Assembly: GCF_020103725.1 (NCBI RefSeq)
Contig: NZ_JAHXBG010000030.1
Location: 100,337 to 139,861 of the forward strand
Length of the DNA stretch: 39,525 bases
Reading direction: 5' to 3'
DNA from: Hyalangium gracile
GTDB lineage: Bacteria; Myxococcota; Myxococcia; Myxococcales; Myxococcaceae
The number at the start of each line of letters is the position of its first letter. Positions within the stretch are counted from its first letter, which is position 1. A program made the position numbers and the translations under genes. Shown here in pieces: positions 1 to 8,829 of the stretch. The notes under the pieces were generated by a model, which saw only the letters and a list, made by a program, of their open reading frames with translations, searched no databases and had not been told where the DNA came from.

Positions 1-326
1 GTTGGTACATTGTCGCCGTCGAAACCAAGTGCCTCGCTATGGCACGTACTCCCGTTGAGTTATCGATCGAACTTGAGAGCACGTTCCATGCGCGCGGCGA
101 CCGTCCCGCAGCTATCGACCGACACATGGAACGGGTGGAATGGCTCCGAAAACATCGAGAGGCGGTTCTGGCGCTTTTCGGGCTGCCCGCAGCGAAGGGG
201 AAGAAATGGAAGGTTCAGGGAGTCGTCGTCCTCGATAAGGAACTCATATCCCCGCTACTCGTCCATCTCCCCATGCCTGTCCTGTCGCTGAGGCAGCTCC
301 AGAGCGAGGGCTTGCCTCTGGGCTAG
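1..326 (+). CDS. 5'-partial ORF, hypothetical protein. The frame is open from window base 3 (upstream of the M at 39, the frame reads ...WYIVAVETKCLA...), and an hhhExK-like motif suggests a possible PD-(D/E)xK nuclease-like C-terminus.
   Basis: The frame has no stop between nt 3 and the M at 39, so the gene probably continues upstream. The region is ~57% GC versus ~70% for the window. The 'IVAVETK' motif is suggestive only; no recognisable family. Confidence 0.3.
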   Translation, partial: WYIVAVETKCLAMARTPVELSIELESTFHARGDRPAAIDRHMERVEWLRKHREAVLALFGLPAAKGKKWKVQGVVVLDKELISPLLVHLPMPVLSLRQLQSEGLPLG

Positions 327-588
327 TGAGCAATGTCTAGCCATGAATCCCGCCTTGCATGTCGTCTCTCGCCTTACGACAACTAGGGCAGAGTTCGAAC
401 CACTTCTTCATGTGAACGGCAGCCGCAATCCGATGAAGAAAATGACGGTCGGGTGCCCCTCCATCGTGAGCCTGAGTTCCCTACTTCCGGCGCATGACCT
501 GGCGGATTCTTCTTGAATTAGACGCTCCGACGGTCGACACGACCGTTAAAAACCATCGAATTAACAATGCCGTCTACAGGCCTCATAT

Positions 589-2397
589 CTACGGCCATCG
601 CTCGACAGGGATGGCAAGGTTCTCCGTATGCAAGAGAGGCTCGTTGGGCTTCGAGCCGGGTTCCTTGATGGAGTAGCCATCCGTGCCGAGGGTGTAGCAC
701 ACCGGGAAGCGACGCCCGTCCGGCAGGAGCATCTCCGTGTAGCGGCCGTAGACGGCCTCTCTTCCCTCGATAGAGAGGCCTTCCGTCCAGAGCTGCCCGT
801 ACAGCAGGGTCCCGTCGGGCACGGGATAGTCGTGCTTCCATCCTTCGGGGAGCTCGACCCGGCTGACGATTTTTCCCGCGTGGTAGACGCCCACTCGCCG
901 CTGTCCCCTCCCGCCGGGCTGGTGGATGTCGATGACGACAGGGAGGACATTGCTGCCGATCATGTCCCTCTTGAACAGGTTCAGCTCTTTCATGCGCTGG
1001 ACGGTTTCCGGGGGACAGTCCTCGGGAATGGGCCGCAGTTGGGGCGCGGCGCAGCCGACGCTGAAGGTGGTGCACAGCCAGGCGGCCACGGTCCTGACGG
1101 GCCACGAGTTGCGGAGGGTGGACACGAGCGAACTTCCTTTCTCGGATGAGGCGGGAGCCAACCACTCCCAGCCGGCGGTGAGGAGGCCGAGGCTCAGCAG
1201 AACCAGCCCCACCCCCAGGCCGATTCTCCTCCATCGCTTCCTGCGGAGAGCGGCTTTCTCCTCCAGGGTGCGAACCTCCGCCTCCATCTGCTGGATGGCG
1301 GCGGAGAACTGCTCCAGCGTCTGCACGGCGGAGCGCTCCTGCTGCTGCTGCCGAGCCTCCTGGCCCCGGTGCTCGGCCTGCTGCTGGTGAAGGCGGCGCT
1401 CCTCCTCCTCGTCCTGGGTCCTGGGAGCGGGGCCTCCGGAGGGCAGGGCCAGCGACGCCTTCCACTGCTGGGTGGAGCGCCGCTTGTTGGCCTCCCACAG
1501 CGCCTGCAGCAGCACCTCGGCGCTCGCGTAGCGGTCCTCCGGGCGCTTCTCGAGCAGCCGCATGGCGATGCGGCTGAGCGACTCGGGCACGGCTGGGTTG
1601 AGGCGGTGGGGCGCACGCGGGACGACGGTCTGAATGGCTGTGAGCAGCTCGTCCGCGGGCATCCGCGCGTCGAAGGGCCAGCAGTCGGTGAGCGCCTCGT
1701 ACATGAAGACGCCCACCTGGTAGAGGTCGCCGGCCGGCGTGGCGGTGAAGCGCGCGCCCTTCTTCCAGGAGCCCTCGCGCAGGAAGGCAATGGACTCGGG
1801 CGGAAAGGTGTGGGGCGTGCCGGGAGCCAGTCCCACGGTGAGGGTGGAGCCGCCCGGCAATCGCGCGCTGCCCATGTCCACCAGCACCGGTTTCTGGTCC
1901 TCCGGGACGAGGACGTGCGCGCTCTTGAAGTCGCGGATGAGGATGCCGCGGCGGTGCAGCCCCGCCACCACGCGCACCACGGCGATGAAGATGTCCGCCA
2001 ACTGGGCGGCGGTAGGGCGGGTGCGCTCACGCCAGTCATGGAACGGCTCGCCGGGCACGAAGTCGGTGACGATGAAGAGATAGCCCTTCTTGGGATGCGG
2101 CCACCGGCCGATGGCCCGCACATGAGGCAGTCCGTCGGCGCTGCTGTTGGCCAGGAGGACGGCGCCCTCGTGGCGCATGCGCCCATCCACCTGACTCTCT
2201 TCCAGGTTCTTCTCGCGCGTGTCCTCGGAGAGCTCGGGGGCTGGGCGCACCGCCATCTTCAAGGTGAAGAACTCGCCCGCCAACTCGGCCTTGAATGCAT
2301 GCCCGAAGCTGCCGCTGCCCAGCGAGGCGACGATGTGCCAGGGGCCCACCTTGTCCCCCGGCTTGAGGTGGTCGGGGTGAAACGCCTCCGTCGTCAT
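589..2397 (-). CDS. Membrane-anchored Ser/Thr protein kinase (Hanks-type) with a coiled-coil, one TM helix and a ~180-aa extracytoplasmic C-terminal domain
   Basis: N-terminal kinase motifs: a glycine loop LGSGSFGHAF, the lysine in FTLKM, a catalytic-loop-like IRDFKSAHVLV, and DMGSA in place of DFG. Downstream come a Gln/Glu-rich coiled-coil, a hydrophobic helix GLGVGLVLLSLGLLTAGW and a Cys-containing extracellular domain. The stop lies at 589. Confidence 0.85.
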   Translation of the reverse strand: MTTEAFHPDHLKPGDKVGPWHIVASLGSGSFGHAFKAELAGEFFTLKMAVRPAPELSEDTREKNLEESQVDGRMRHEGAVLLANSSADGLPHVRAIGRWPHPKKGYLFIVTDFVPGEPFHDWRERTRPTAAQLADIFIAVVRVVAGLHRRGILIRDFKSAHVLVPEDQKPVLVDMGSARLPGGSTLTVGLAPGTPHTFPPESIAFLREGSWKKGARFTATPAGDLYQVGVFMYEALTDCWPFDARMPADELLTAIQTVVPRAPHRLNPAVPESLSRIAMRLLEKRPEDRYASAEVLLQALWEANKRRSTQQWKASLALPSGGPAPRTQDEEEERRLHQQQAEHRGQEARQQQQERSAVQTLEQFSAAIQQMEAEVRTLEEKAALRRKRWRRIGLGVGLVLLSLGLLTAGWEWLAPASSEKGSSLVSTLRNSWPVRTVAAWLCTTFSVGCAAPQLRPIPEDCPPETVQRMKELNLFKRDMIGSNVLPVVIDIHQPGGRGQRRVGVYHAGKIVSRVELPEGWKHDYPVPDGTLLYGQLWTEGLSIEGREAVYGRYTEMLLPDGRRFPVCYTLGTDGYSIKEPGSKPNEPLLHTENLAIPVERWP

Positions 2398-2410
2398 GAG
2401 CGCGTCCTCA

Positions 2411-3289
2411 CTACTTTGCCTCGAGGTTCAAGGAGATGCGCTGCTGGCCACTGGCGTCCAGGACTTCCACGGCAAAGGACGTTTTCTCCAAGGGAGGCAG
2501 CACCGCCTCGACCACCAGCGACCCATGCTCACCAGGAGCCAGTTGCTCCGGCTTCATTCGAACCGAGATCACCTTGACGGGTGCTCCTGGTAGACCCGTG
2601 ATGCGCGCCTGACCTGGCGTCCAGGGCGGCTGACCCGGCAGGTTCCAGAGTGAGATGACCACCAGCGTCGAGAGGGTTCCCCGGTAGACAGAGCCGTGCT
2701 TGGGTATCAAGCCCATGGAACTCGGTGAGGGTGTGCCCACGTGGAGATCCCTTTTCTGCACTCCCTCGGTGAGCCACCCGGAGAAGACGAGGCTGGCGGG
2801 CCCCAGCTCCGTGCTCCGGGCCTTGAGTTCCTCCAACTCCGCTTCCTTCTGAGTGAGGGCAGCGATCAGTGCCTCGGGCGTATGGGCCCGCCGGTCCACC
2901 TCCACCTTGGCGTCCACGACGTCCGCCTTGGAGAGGACGGCGAGGACGGCCTTGGCGGGCAGGGCCTTGTCCTTGAACCCCACCTGAAGGATGAGCCGCT
3001 CGCCGGGACTCAGGTCCGCAATGGGCTCCAGGACGAGGGTGTTGTCGCCCACGTCCACCCACCGGAAGCGGGTCCGGTCCACCATGAGGCTGTTCTTGTC
3101 CAGGGGGCCGTTGAAGGCCACGACGGTGGAGTTGCCCGCGGCCACATACACCTCGGGGAGGGAGTCGGCGGGGGTAGAGGGCAGCGAGGCGCGGCGGTCC
3201 TGGCGCTGCCGCGCGGGCTGAGGCTGGGCGGCGGCGGTGCTCGCAGCCAGCAGGGGAACGAGGAGCAACCACGTGATGGGTCGGGTCAA
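2411..3289 (-). CDS. Secreted hypothetical protein with an N-terminal signal peptide, lying 14 nt upstream of the kinase on the same strand
   Basis: MTRPITWLLLVPLLAASTAAAQP is a classic signal peptide. No known domain was recognised. The 14-nt gap to the kinase start suggests co-transcription. Confidence 0.55.
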   Translation of the reverse strand: MTRPITWLLLVPLLAASTAAAQPQPARQRQDRRASLPSTPADSLPEVYVAAGNSTVVAFNGPLDKNSLMVDRTRFRWVDVGDNTLVLEPIADLSPGERLILQVGFKDKALPAKAVLAVLSKADVVDAKVEVDRRAHTPEALIAALTQKEAELEELKARSTELGPASLVFSGWLTEGVQKRDLHVGTPSPSSMGLIPKHGSVYRGTLSTLVVISLWNLPGQPPWTPGQARITGLPGAPVKVISVRMKPEQLAPGEHGSLVVEAVLPPLEKTSFAVEVLDASGQQRISLNLEAK

Positions 3290-3662
3290 CGAAGCAGAAC
3301 CTCCAGGGTTGAGCCTATCACACAGGCGCTCCCGTCATGCGACGCGGGCGCTGTACGCTCCCTGTCCTCGAGGAACTGGGGAGGATGACCGCAACGCCTG
3401 GTCCAGGTGGGTCCGAAGAAATTCTTGCGCGCTGGAGGGAGGCGCCTGTGCCAAGGGAGCGGCCTGGCCACGGAGGCGCCCCTGTGCGCGGACCGGTGCC
3501 CAACTGGTATGACAAGCAGACCAGTACGGACCGGTTGCGCCCGGCAGGAGGGCGGACCGTTCCATGGGAGCTCCCCGCGCCTGCAAGGGGCGCCCCCTGC
3601 GCGCCAGGAGTCTTCCGCGCGGAAAAGGCCGTCAAGCGTCCGCCGTGATAGGGGCCATTCCG

Positions 3663-4451
3663 ATGCATGCTGAATGCGCCTTCCATCCTGGCCATCCATC
3701 GGTCTTCACATGTGCTCGGTGTGGCAGCTTCGCGTGCGAGGCCTGCCGCCGTGAGGGGTCGGAGCCTGAGCTGTTGTGCGAGCGGTGCCTTCGTCCACCT
3801 GCTCGCGAGCTTCTTCCATGGGACCGCGCCGATGCGCGCTGGAGCCTCTTCCTCGCGACGTGCTGGGCGCTCCTCCGCGCGCCACGACATACCCTTGGAC
3901 TCGCGCCGCCGACTCCCACTGCGCGCGGCTCATTACGCTTCGCACTGCAGGCGTGCTCGGTCTATTTCATCGCGGAGTCACTGTTGGCTCGCGTGAACCC
4001 AACGACCACCCTAGATGTCCCCACTCCCGCGCCACTCGCGTTCTTCCTCGACATGGTGCACTGGGGGACCAGTCCGGTGCTGGCCATCCTCGTGATGCTG
4101 GGGGGCTTCGGTGTGCTTCCGTGGATGGACTGGCTCGTGCTTCGCGGCCGGCGAGCCAGCTTTCGTGCGTGCCTGCGTGCCACAGCCCTGGCATGTGCCC
4201 CGATGATCTCGTCCGTGGTCTTCGCGTTGCTCGGGACGCTCCTGCTCGTGACCTGGCAACCATCTCGGCTGTGGAGCATCTGCGCGGGTGCGTTGCCCCT
4301 CTGGTTCTTGGTGCTGTGGCTCTGGTGCGGCACACTGAGGGCTCACGCCCTTCAGATCTTCTTCTCTCTGCGCTGGTGGAGAGCATGGGTGCTTGCCTTT
4401 GCAGGTCCTCTCATGCTGTGTGGACTCGCCATGTCATTGAACCGGATCTGA
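3663..4451 (+). CDS. Zinc-ribbon (three CxxC pairs) N-terminal domain fused to a polytopic membrane domain (Yip1-like/DUF-type); hypothetical
   Basis: Starting from the internal ATG the protein begins MHAECAFHPGHPSVFTCARCGSFACEACRRE...CERC, followed by 4-5 predicted TM helices. The six-frame ORF begins at 3564 but its first 33 codons are Arg/Gly-rich with no start context. Confidence 0.5.
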   Translation: MHAECAFHPGHPSVFTCARCGSFACEACRREGSEPELLCERCLRPPARELLPWDRADARWSLFLATCWALLRAPRHTLGLAPPTPTARGSLRFALQACSVYFIAESLLARVNPTTTLDVPTPAPLAFFLDMVHWGTSPVLAILVMLGGFGVLPWMDWLVLRGRRASFRACLRATALACAPMISSVVFALLGTLLLVTWQPSRLWSICAGALPLWFLVLWLWCGTLRAHALQIFFSLRWWRAWVLAFAGPLMLCGLAMSLNRI

Positions 4452-4579
4452 ACGTTGCCTGAAGCGCAGGGCGGCAAAGAACCTTCACCGTTGGGTGCCG
4501 AGAAGGCTTGACCAGGATCGTTCCAGGCTCGATCCCCGCCTGGAGAATGCCGTCAAGCGTCAGAGTAGACTCCCAGGGC

Positions 4580-5482
4580 ATGAGCCTGGACGCGAACGAG
4601 CGCGCGGCGCTGTCCCTGATGGGCCTCTCCGTAGGAGACGCCTTCGGCGATCAGTTCTTCCGCTTCGCGGAGCAGGAGGAACGGCTCGTCGCCGAGCGCA
4701 TGGCTCCTCCCGGGCCGTGGCCCTACACGGATGACACGGAGATGGCGCTGTCGGTGGTCGCCATGCTGAGGCGGCACGGGAGAATCGAGCAGGACCCGCT
4801 CGCGCTCGATTTCGCCCGTGGCTATGACCCCTCGCGCGGCTATGGCCCCGCGATGCACCGGGTCCTCAACGCCCTGCGTGAAGGACAGCCGTGGGCGGAG
4901 GTCACGCGGCGCGAGTTCTCGGGGCAGGGGTCCTGGGGCAATGGGGCGGCCATGCGTGTGGGCCCCTTGGGGGCCTACTTCGCGGAAGACCTGCACGCCG
5001 TCGTCGAGCAGGCTCGCCGCTCCGCCGAAGTCACCCACGCACATCCCGAGGCGCTCGCGGGCGCCATCGCCGTCGCCGTCGCGGCGGCACTGGCCTGGAA
5101 CTGCCGCCTGGAGAGTCCGCGGCCTGGCCGCGCCGGTTTCCTGGACCGCCTGCTGCCCTTCGTCCCCGCCAGCGATGTCCACAGCCGGTTACGCAAGGCG
5201 CGGGATCTGCCCGCGAACTCCAGCGTCCCCTTCGCCGTGAGCGTGCTCGGCAATGGCACCAACCTGTCCGCGCAGGACACGGTGCCCTTCGCGCTCTGGT
5301 GCGCGGGCGAGCGGCTCGACGACTTCGAACAGGCCCTCTGGCTCACGGTCAGCGGAGGCGGAGACCGGGACACCACGTGCGCCATCGTGGGAAGCATCGT
5401 GGTGCTCGCTTGCGGTGCCGAGAGCATTCCCTCGGCCTGGCTCACTGCCCGGGAGCCATTGCCCAACGCCAGCGAGCGGTGA
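4580..5482 (+). CDS. ADP-ribosylglycohydrolase family protein (DraG/ARH-like)
   Basis: Family signatures are present: MGLSVGDAFGD, PYTDDTEMALSV, SRGYGPAMHRV, GSWGNGAAMRVGPLGAYF and the C-terminal TVSGGGDRDTTCAIVGSI. The start could alternatively be 4508. Confidence 0.8.
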   Translation: MSLDANERAALSLMGLSVGDAFGDQFFRFAEQEERLVAERMAPPGPWPYTDDTEMALSVVAMLRRHGRIEQDPLALDFARGYDPSRGYGPAMHRVLNALREGQPWAEVTRREFSGQGSWGNGAAMRVGPLGAYFAEDLHAVVEQARRSAEVTHAHPEALAGAIAVAVAAALAWNCRLESPRPGRAGFLDRLLPFVPASDVHSRLRKARDLPANSSVPFAVSVLGNGTNLSAQDTVPFALWCAGERLDDFEQALWLTVSGGGDRDTTCAIVGSIVVLACGAESIPSAWLTAREPLPNASER

Positions 5483-5485
5483 CGA

Positions 5486-6349
5486 CTACTTGTACTCGGG
5501 CTCGGTGCGAGCGGAGCGAGCGGGGAGGGGGCGCGGAATGGCCTTCTTCTCGGCGGAGAGCCACTCGCCGTCATAGGTCGTGAGCAGCCGCTCGAGCCCC
5601 TCAGCCCAGAGCGGCGCGGTGTCGTCGATGGATCGACGGATCCACCACGCCGTTGCCGAGCGCACATGGTTCGGATCGTGACCGCCCCAGTTCTCGTCCG
5701 CGGTGCCGAGCACCTCATGGTAGAAGTCGAGGGTCGGGCCGAACGCATCGGTGGCACCCCGCTGGGCGGCGCTCAGGTACGTCTTCCTCTCGGCCTGGAC
5801 CCAGCTGGAGTTGGCGGAGAGCGCGCGCCAGACGCGGTAGTACGTGCGCGCCAGCGTGCGCGCGGAGCGGTCGTAGACGGCCTGGGTCTCCTGGCGCAGT
5901 GCCTCGTCCGTCGCGGCGGGGACCAGCGCCGTCGTCGCCCACTTCACGAAGGCGGGATCGTAACGGCCGAAGTCCTTGGAGCTCTGCAGGTTGAGCTTGC
6001 CGTTCTGGTGCGGGCCCGAGCGGAAGGGCTTCACTGGCGCCAGCGAGAGGAACGTCTTCCAGGAGATGACCGAGAGCGCGCGGCAGAAGAAGTTCCGCAT
6101 GCCCCCTTCGTCGCCATAGTCGAACGCAAGGTCGTCCCCGCAACGCGGTCCGCTCGCCTGGGGCAGCAGGTGCCAGGCCTCGGAGAGGCTCTTGGCCCGC
6201 TTATCCTCGGCGCCTTTCTTCCGCGGGCGCGACGTATCGGCAGGCGGTGCCTTCGACCGGGGACCATCATCGCCGCCGGCGACAGCCGCGCTGGAGAGGA
6301 GGACGGCGGCCAGGGCCACCGCGGACACGGACACGACCAGGAGACGCAT
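5486..6349 (-). CDS. Secreted hypothetical protein (signal peptide MRLLVVSVSAVALAAVLLSSAAVAGG)
   Basis: An internal ATG at 6349 gives a canonical signal peptide. The longer six-frame ORF (to 6595) adds an Arg/Gly-rich leader that is unlikely to be translated. No domain was recognised. The gene converges on the ADP-ribosylglycohydrolase gene. Confidence 0.5.
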   Translation of the reverse strand: MRLLVVSVSAVALAAVLLSSAAVAGGDDGPRSKAPPADTSRPRKKGAEDKRAKSLSEAWHLLPQASGPRCGDDLAFDYGDEGGMRNFFCRALSVISWKTFLSLAPVKPFRSGPHQNGKLNLQSSKDFGRYDPAFVKWATTALVPAATDEALRQETQAVYDRSARTLARTYYRVWRALSANSSWVQAERKTYLSAAQRGATDAFGPTLDFYHEVLGTADENWGGHDPNHVRSATAWWIRRSIDDTAPLWAEGLERLLTTYDGEWLSAEKKAIPRPLPARSARTEPEYK

Positions 6350-6789
6350 GCTTCCTCCGCAGGAAGCCGAGTCTGGCATAACGGCCGTGGAGGAGGGGGC
6401 GCTCGCGCCGTGCGAATCGGAGGAGCAATCTGATCGCAGAGGGTAGGTGGGTGTGGGACCAGGAGGGCCAGCTCGTCCCCACCTGATCCGAAACCCTCTC
6501 CGTCCGGAACCCGACCCCCGCTCCTGGCCAGACGTTCGTTTCTTCAGCCTGAGCCCCGCCGACGTGGCGCGGAGGGTGGCCGAAACGTCATCCACCGTGC
6601 GCTGCGGGTTTCACCCGTGAAAAAAATGCACGGTCCGGGGTACTCCGCACCTTGCCCGTGGGGCATCGGATGTGCACTTGGATGCGCCAACACGGAAGCC
6701 GCGCGTCGCTGGGACGCTCCGGTCTCCGAGGGGGCGCTGATCCTCACAGTACACCGCGGCCTGCCCCCACACGGCCGCGCCGGGACCCT

Positions 6790-7611
6790 ATGTTGACCGT
6801 CCGTTCACTTCGCGTGCTCACCACGATGATCCTGGCCCTGACGGCCCTGAACGCCGCCGGGCAGCAGGAGCAGCTCCTCGAGCCAGCCGTCGTCCGCAAC
6901 CGCCTCTACCGGCCCGCGGGCAACCTGGAGTTCTCACCCAGCGTGGGCGTCTCGATGCTCACCTACCTCACCGCCCACTACACGCTCGACGTGGGGGTGG
7001 CCTACAACCTCTTCGACACCATCGCCGTGGAAGGCCGCGCCGGCTACGCCTTCAGCCGGCAGACGGGCCTGGCCCGCTCCATCTCCGAGAGCTTCCTCGG
7101 CCGCGACGACAAGAAGGTCACCGACGAGCTCCAGGACCTGTGGCGGATGAACCTCCACGGCATCTTCGGCGTGCGCTGGGCTCCCGTGTACGGGAAGCTC
7201 TCGCTGCTGGCCGAGGTCCCCGCGCACTTCCAGGTGTACCTGTGGGGCGGCGGCGGGATGGCCTCGTTCCAGCGCCAGTCGCTGATCCAGTGCTCCCAGG
7301 TGGTGAACCGGGACCTGGGCATCTGCGACGACCGCACCGATCCGCTCGATCGCTCCACCTCCTCCGAGAACTTCTGGGTGAAGGAGTCGCGGGTGGCTCC
7401 GGTGGTGAGCGCGGCGGTGGGCTTCCGGTTCTTCGCCTTCGAGCGGCACGGCGTGAAGTTCGAGCTGCGGGACTGGGTGTTCCGCGACGCCTACCGCGTG
7501 GAGCTGTCTCGGGATGACTGGGAGGCGGGCCGCGAGACGGGCACGCCCGCCGCGAGCCCGGGCTTCACGCACCTGGTCCAGTTCGACATCGGCTACACCT
7601 TCCTCTTCTAA
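6790..7611 (+). CDS. nfsA: Outer-membrane beta-barrel protein, first gene of the Glt/Nfs-type cluster (NfsA/GltA-like)
   Basis: It has a signal peptide (MLTVRSLRVLTTMILALTALNAAGQ), alternating amphipathic beta-strand pattern and a C-terminal ...GYTFLF ending in Phe (OMP signature). Position and ~273-aa size match NfsA/GltA. The naming nfs versus glt is an inference from gene order. Confidence 0.7.
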   Translation: MLTVRSLRVLTTMILALTALNAAGQQEQLLEPAVVRNRLYRPAGNLEFSPSVGVSMLTYLTAHYTLDVGVAYNLFDTIAVEGRAGYAFSRQTGLARSISESFLGRDDKKVTDELQDLWRMNLHGIFGVRWAPVYGKLSLLAEVPAHFQVYLWGGGGMASFQRQSLIQCSQVVNRDLGICDDRTDPLDRSTSSENFWVKESRVAPVVSAAVGFRFFAFERHGVKFELRDWVFRDAYRVELSRDDWEAGRETGTPAASPGFTHLVQFDIGYTFLF

Positions 7612-7617
7612 GAACCC

Positions 7618-8829
7618 ATGCGAACGATCCTGTCCTTCGCGGTGCTTCTGTCCACGGTCGCCGGCGCGCAGCCCGCTGTCGCGCAGGCCGAGCCCACGGT
7701 GCCCGCGCCCGGCGCCGAGACCTCCATTCCGCCCTCGGTGTCCGCGCCCTCGGAGCCCGTGGCCCGTCCTCAGACGCCGCCCGCGCACGAGATGGGGACC
7801 ACCGTCCCCACGGAGCAGTCCCGCCCCGCGCCCCGAGCTCCCTCCGCCGACGAGGCCGAGGAGACCGAGGCCCCGGCGCCCACCGAGGCCGCCGCGCCCG
7901 CTCCGGAGCAGCCCGCCTCGGATGCTCCCGTGGCGGTGGCGGACGTGGACACGGAGCTGCGCACCACGACGCCGGAGCAGCAGCGGCTGGTGCACGGCGC
8001 GCCGCTCTACAACCCGAACGTCTCGGTCCACATCGTCCAGAAGAAGCGCTTCGCGGACGAGGGCAGGCACGAGTTCGCGCTCTACCCGGTGGCGGTGCAG
8101 GTGAACGGCCGCTTCACCAACCACGCGGGCAGCGCGCTCAACTACACGTACCACCTGCAGGAGAACTTCGCCGTCCAGCTCACGGGCCAGTACAACTGGT
8201 ACTCCAACGAGAGCGGCTTCAACCTGGAGCTGATCGACAAGGTGCGCGAGCAGGCGCAGGCGGCCTCCTCGCTGCTGCTGAACTGGGGCGCGCAGGCCGG
8301 CGTCGAGGTGACGCCGTTCTATGGAAAGTTCGCCTTCTACGACAACCACCTGGCGCAGTTCAGCCTCATCATCAGCGGCGGCGCGGGCTTCGGCGGCACG
8401 CGGCACCTGATCCGCCCGGAGGTGGACAACGAGGTGGAGGGCGAGACGTTCACCGTCCCGGCCCGCTTCGGCGACACGGGCACCAAGTTCCTGGGCTCGG
8501 TGGGCGGAGGCTTCCGCATCCAGTTCGGCGACTCCTACGCCGTGCGCTTCGAGGTGAAGGATCTCGTCTACACCGCGCGCGTGGATCGGGTGGACGGCTG
8601 CAACCTGGCCGACTTCGAGAAGATGGAGGCCGCGCGCGCCAGCAACGCCCCGTTCTCCGAGCTGGCGCTCAGCGGCAGCTGCCGGTTCCAGAAGTTCGAC
8701 GGCGTGGACCCCAAGACGAAGAAGAACTACCGCGAGGACATCATCCTCGGGAGGGACCTGGTGGCCGAGCCCTCCTCGGACGTCCTCAACAACGTGAGCT
8801 TCTACGCCGGCTTCTCGATCCTCTTCTGA
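7618..8829 (+). CDS. nfsB: Outer-membrane beta-barrel protein with a Pro/Ala/Glu-rich linker (NfsB/GltB-like)
   Basis: A signal peptide MRTILSFAVLLSTVAGAQPAVAQA is followed by a low-complexity PAPE-rich region and a beta-barrel half ending ...FYAGFSILF. It lies 6 nt after the previous gene, and its stop overlaps the next gene's start (ATGA). Confidence 0.7.
   Translation: MRTILSFAVLLSTVAGAQPAVAQAEPTVPAPGAETSIPPSVSAPSEPVARPQTPPAHEMGTTVPTEQSRPAPRAPSADEAEETEAPAPTEAAAPAPEQPASDAPVAVADVDTELRTTTPEQQRLVHGAPLYNPNVSVHIVQKKRFADEGRHEFALYPVAVQVNGRFTNHAGSALNYTYHLQENFAVQLTGQYNWYSNESGFNLELIDKVREQAQAASSLLLNWGAQAGVEVTPFYGKFAFYDNHLAQFSLIISGGAGFGGTRHLIRPEVDNEVEGETFTVPARFGDTGTKFLGSVGGGFRIQFGDSYAVRFEVKDLVYTARVDRVDGCNLADFEKMEAARASNAPFSELALSGSCRFQKFDGVDPKTKKNYREDIILGRDLVAEPSSDVLNNVSFYAGFSILF

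Noticed and set aside
391-465. 24-codon minus-strand ORF (MKKWFELCPSCRKARDDMQGGIHG) in the low-GC spacer
   Set aside because: It is too short to call without conservation evidence, and it is mentioned only as context in the findings.
518-2577. Overlapping ORFs (518..1498 minus, 1194..2186 minus, 1369..2577 plus) inside the kinase gene
   Set aside because: These are alternative frames of the same GC-rich region. Only the 589..2397 minus frame has kinase motifs.
3237-3700. Several 80-190-aa ORFs in the divergent region between the secreted-protein gene and the zinc-ribbon gene
   Set aside because: They are mutually overlapping, Arg/Pro/Gly-rich, and have no start context. They are consistent with noncoding GC-rich DNA or promoter region.
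6934-8406. 490-aa minus-strand ORF overlapping nfsA/nfsB
   Set aside because: It is an antisense GC-frame artefact with no signal peptide or domains, whereas the plus-strand genes have OMP hallmarks.
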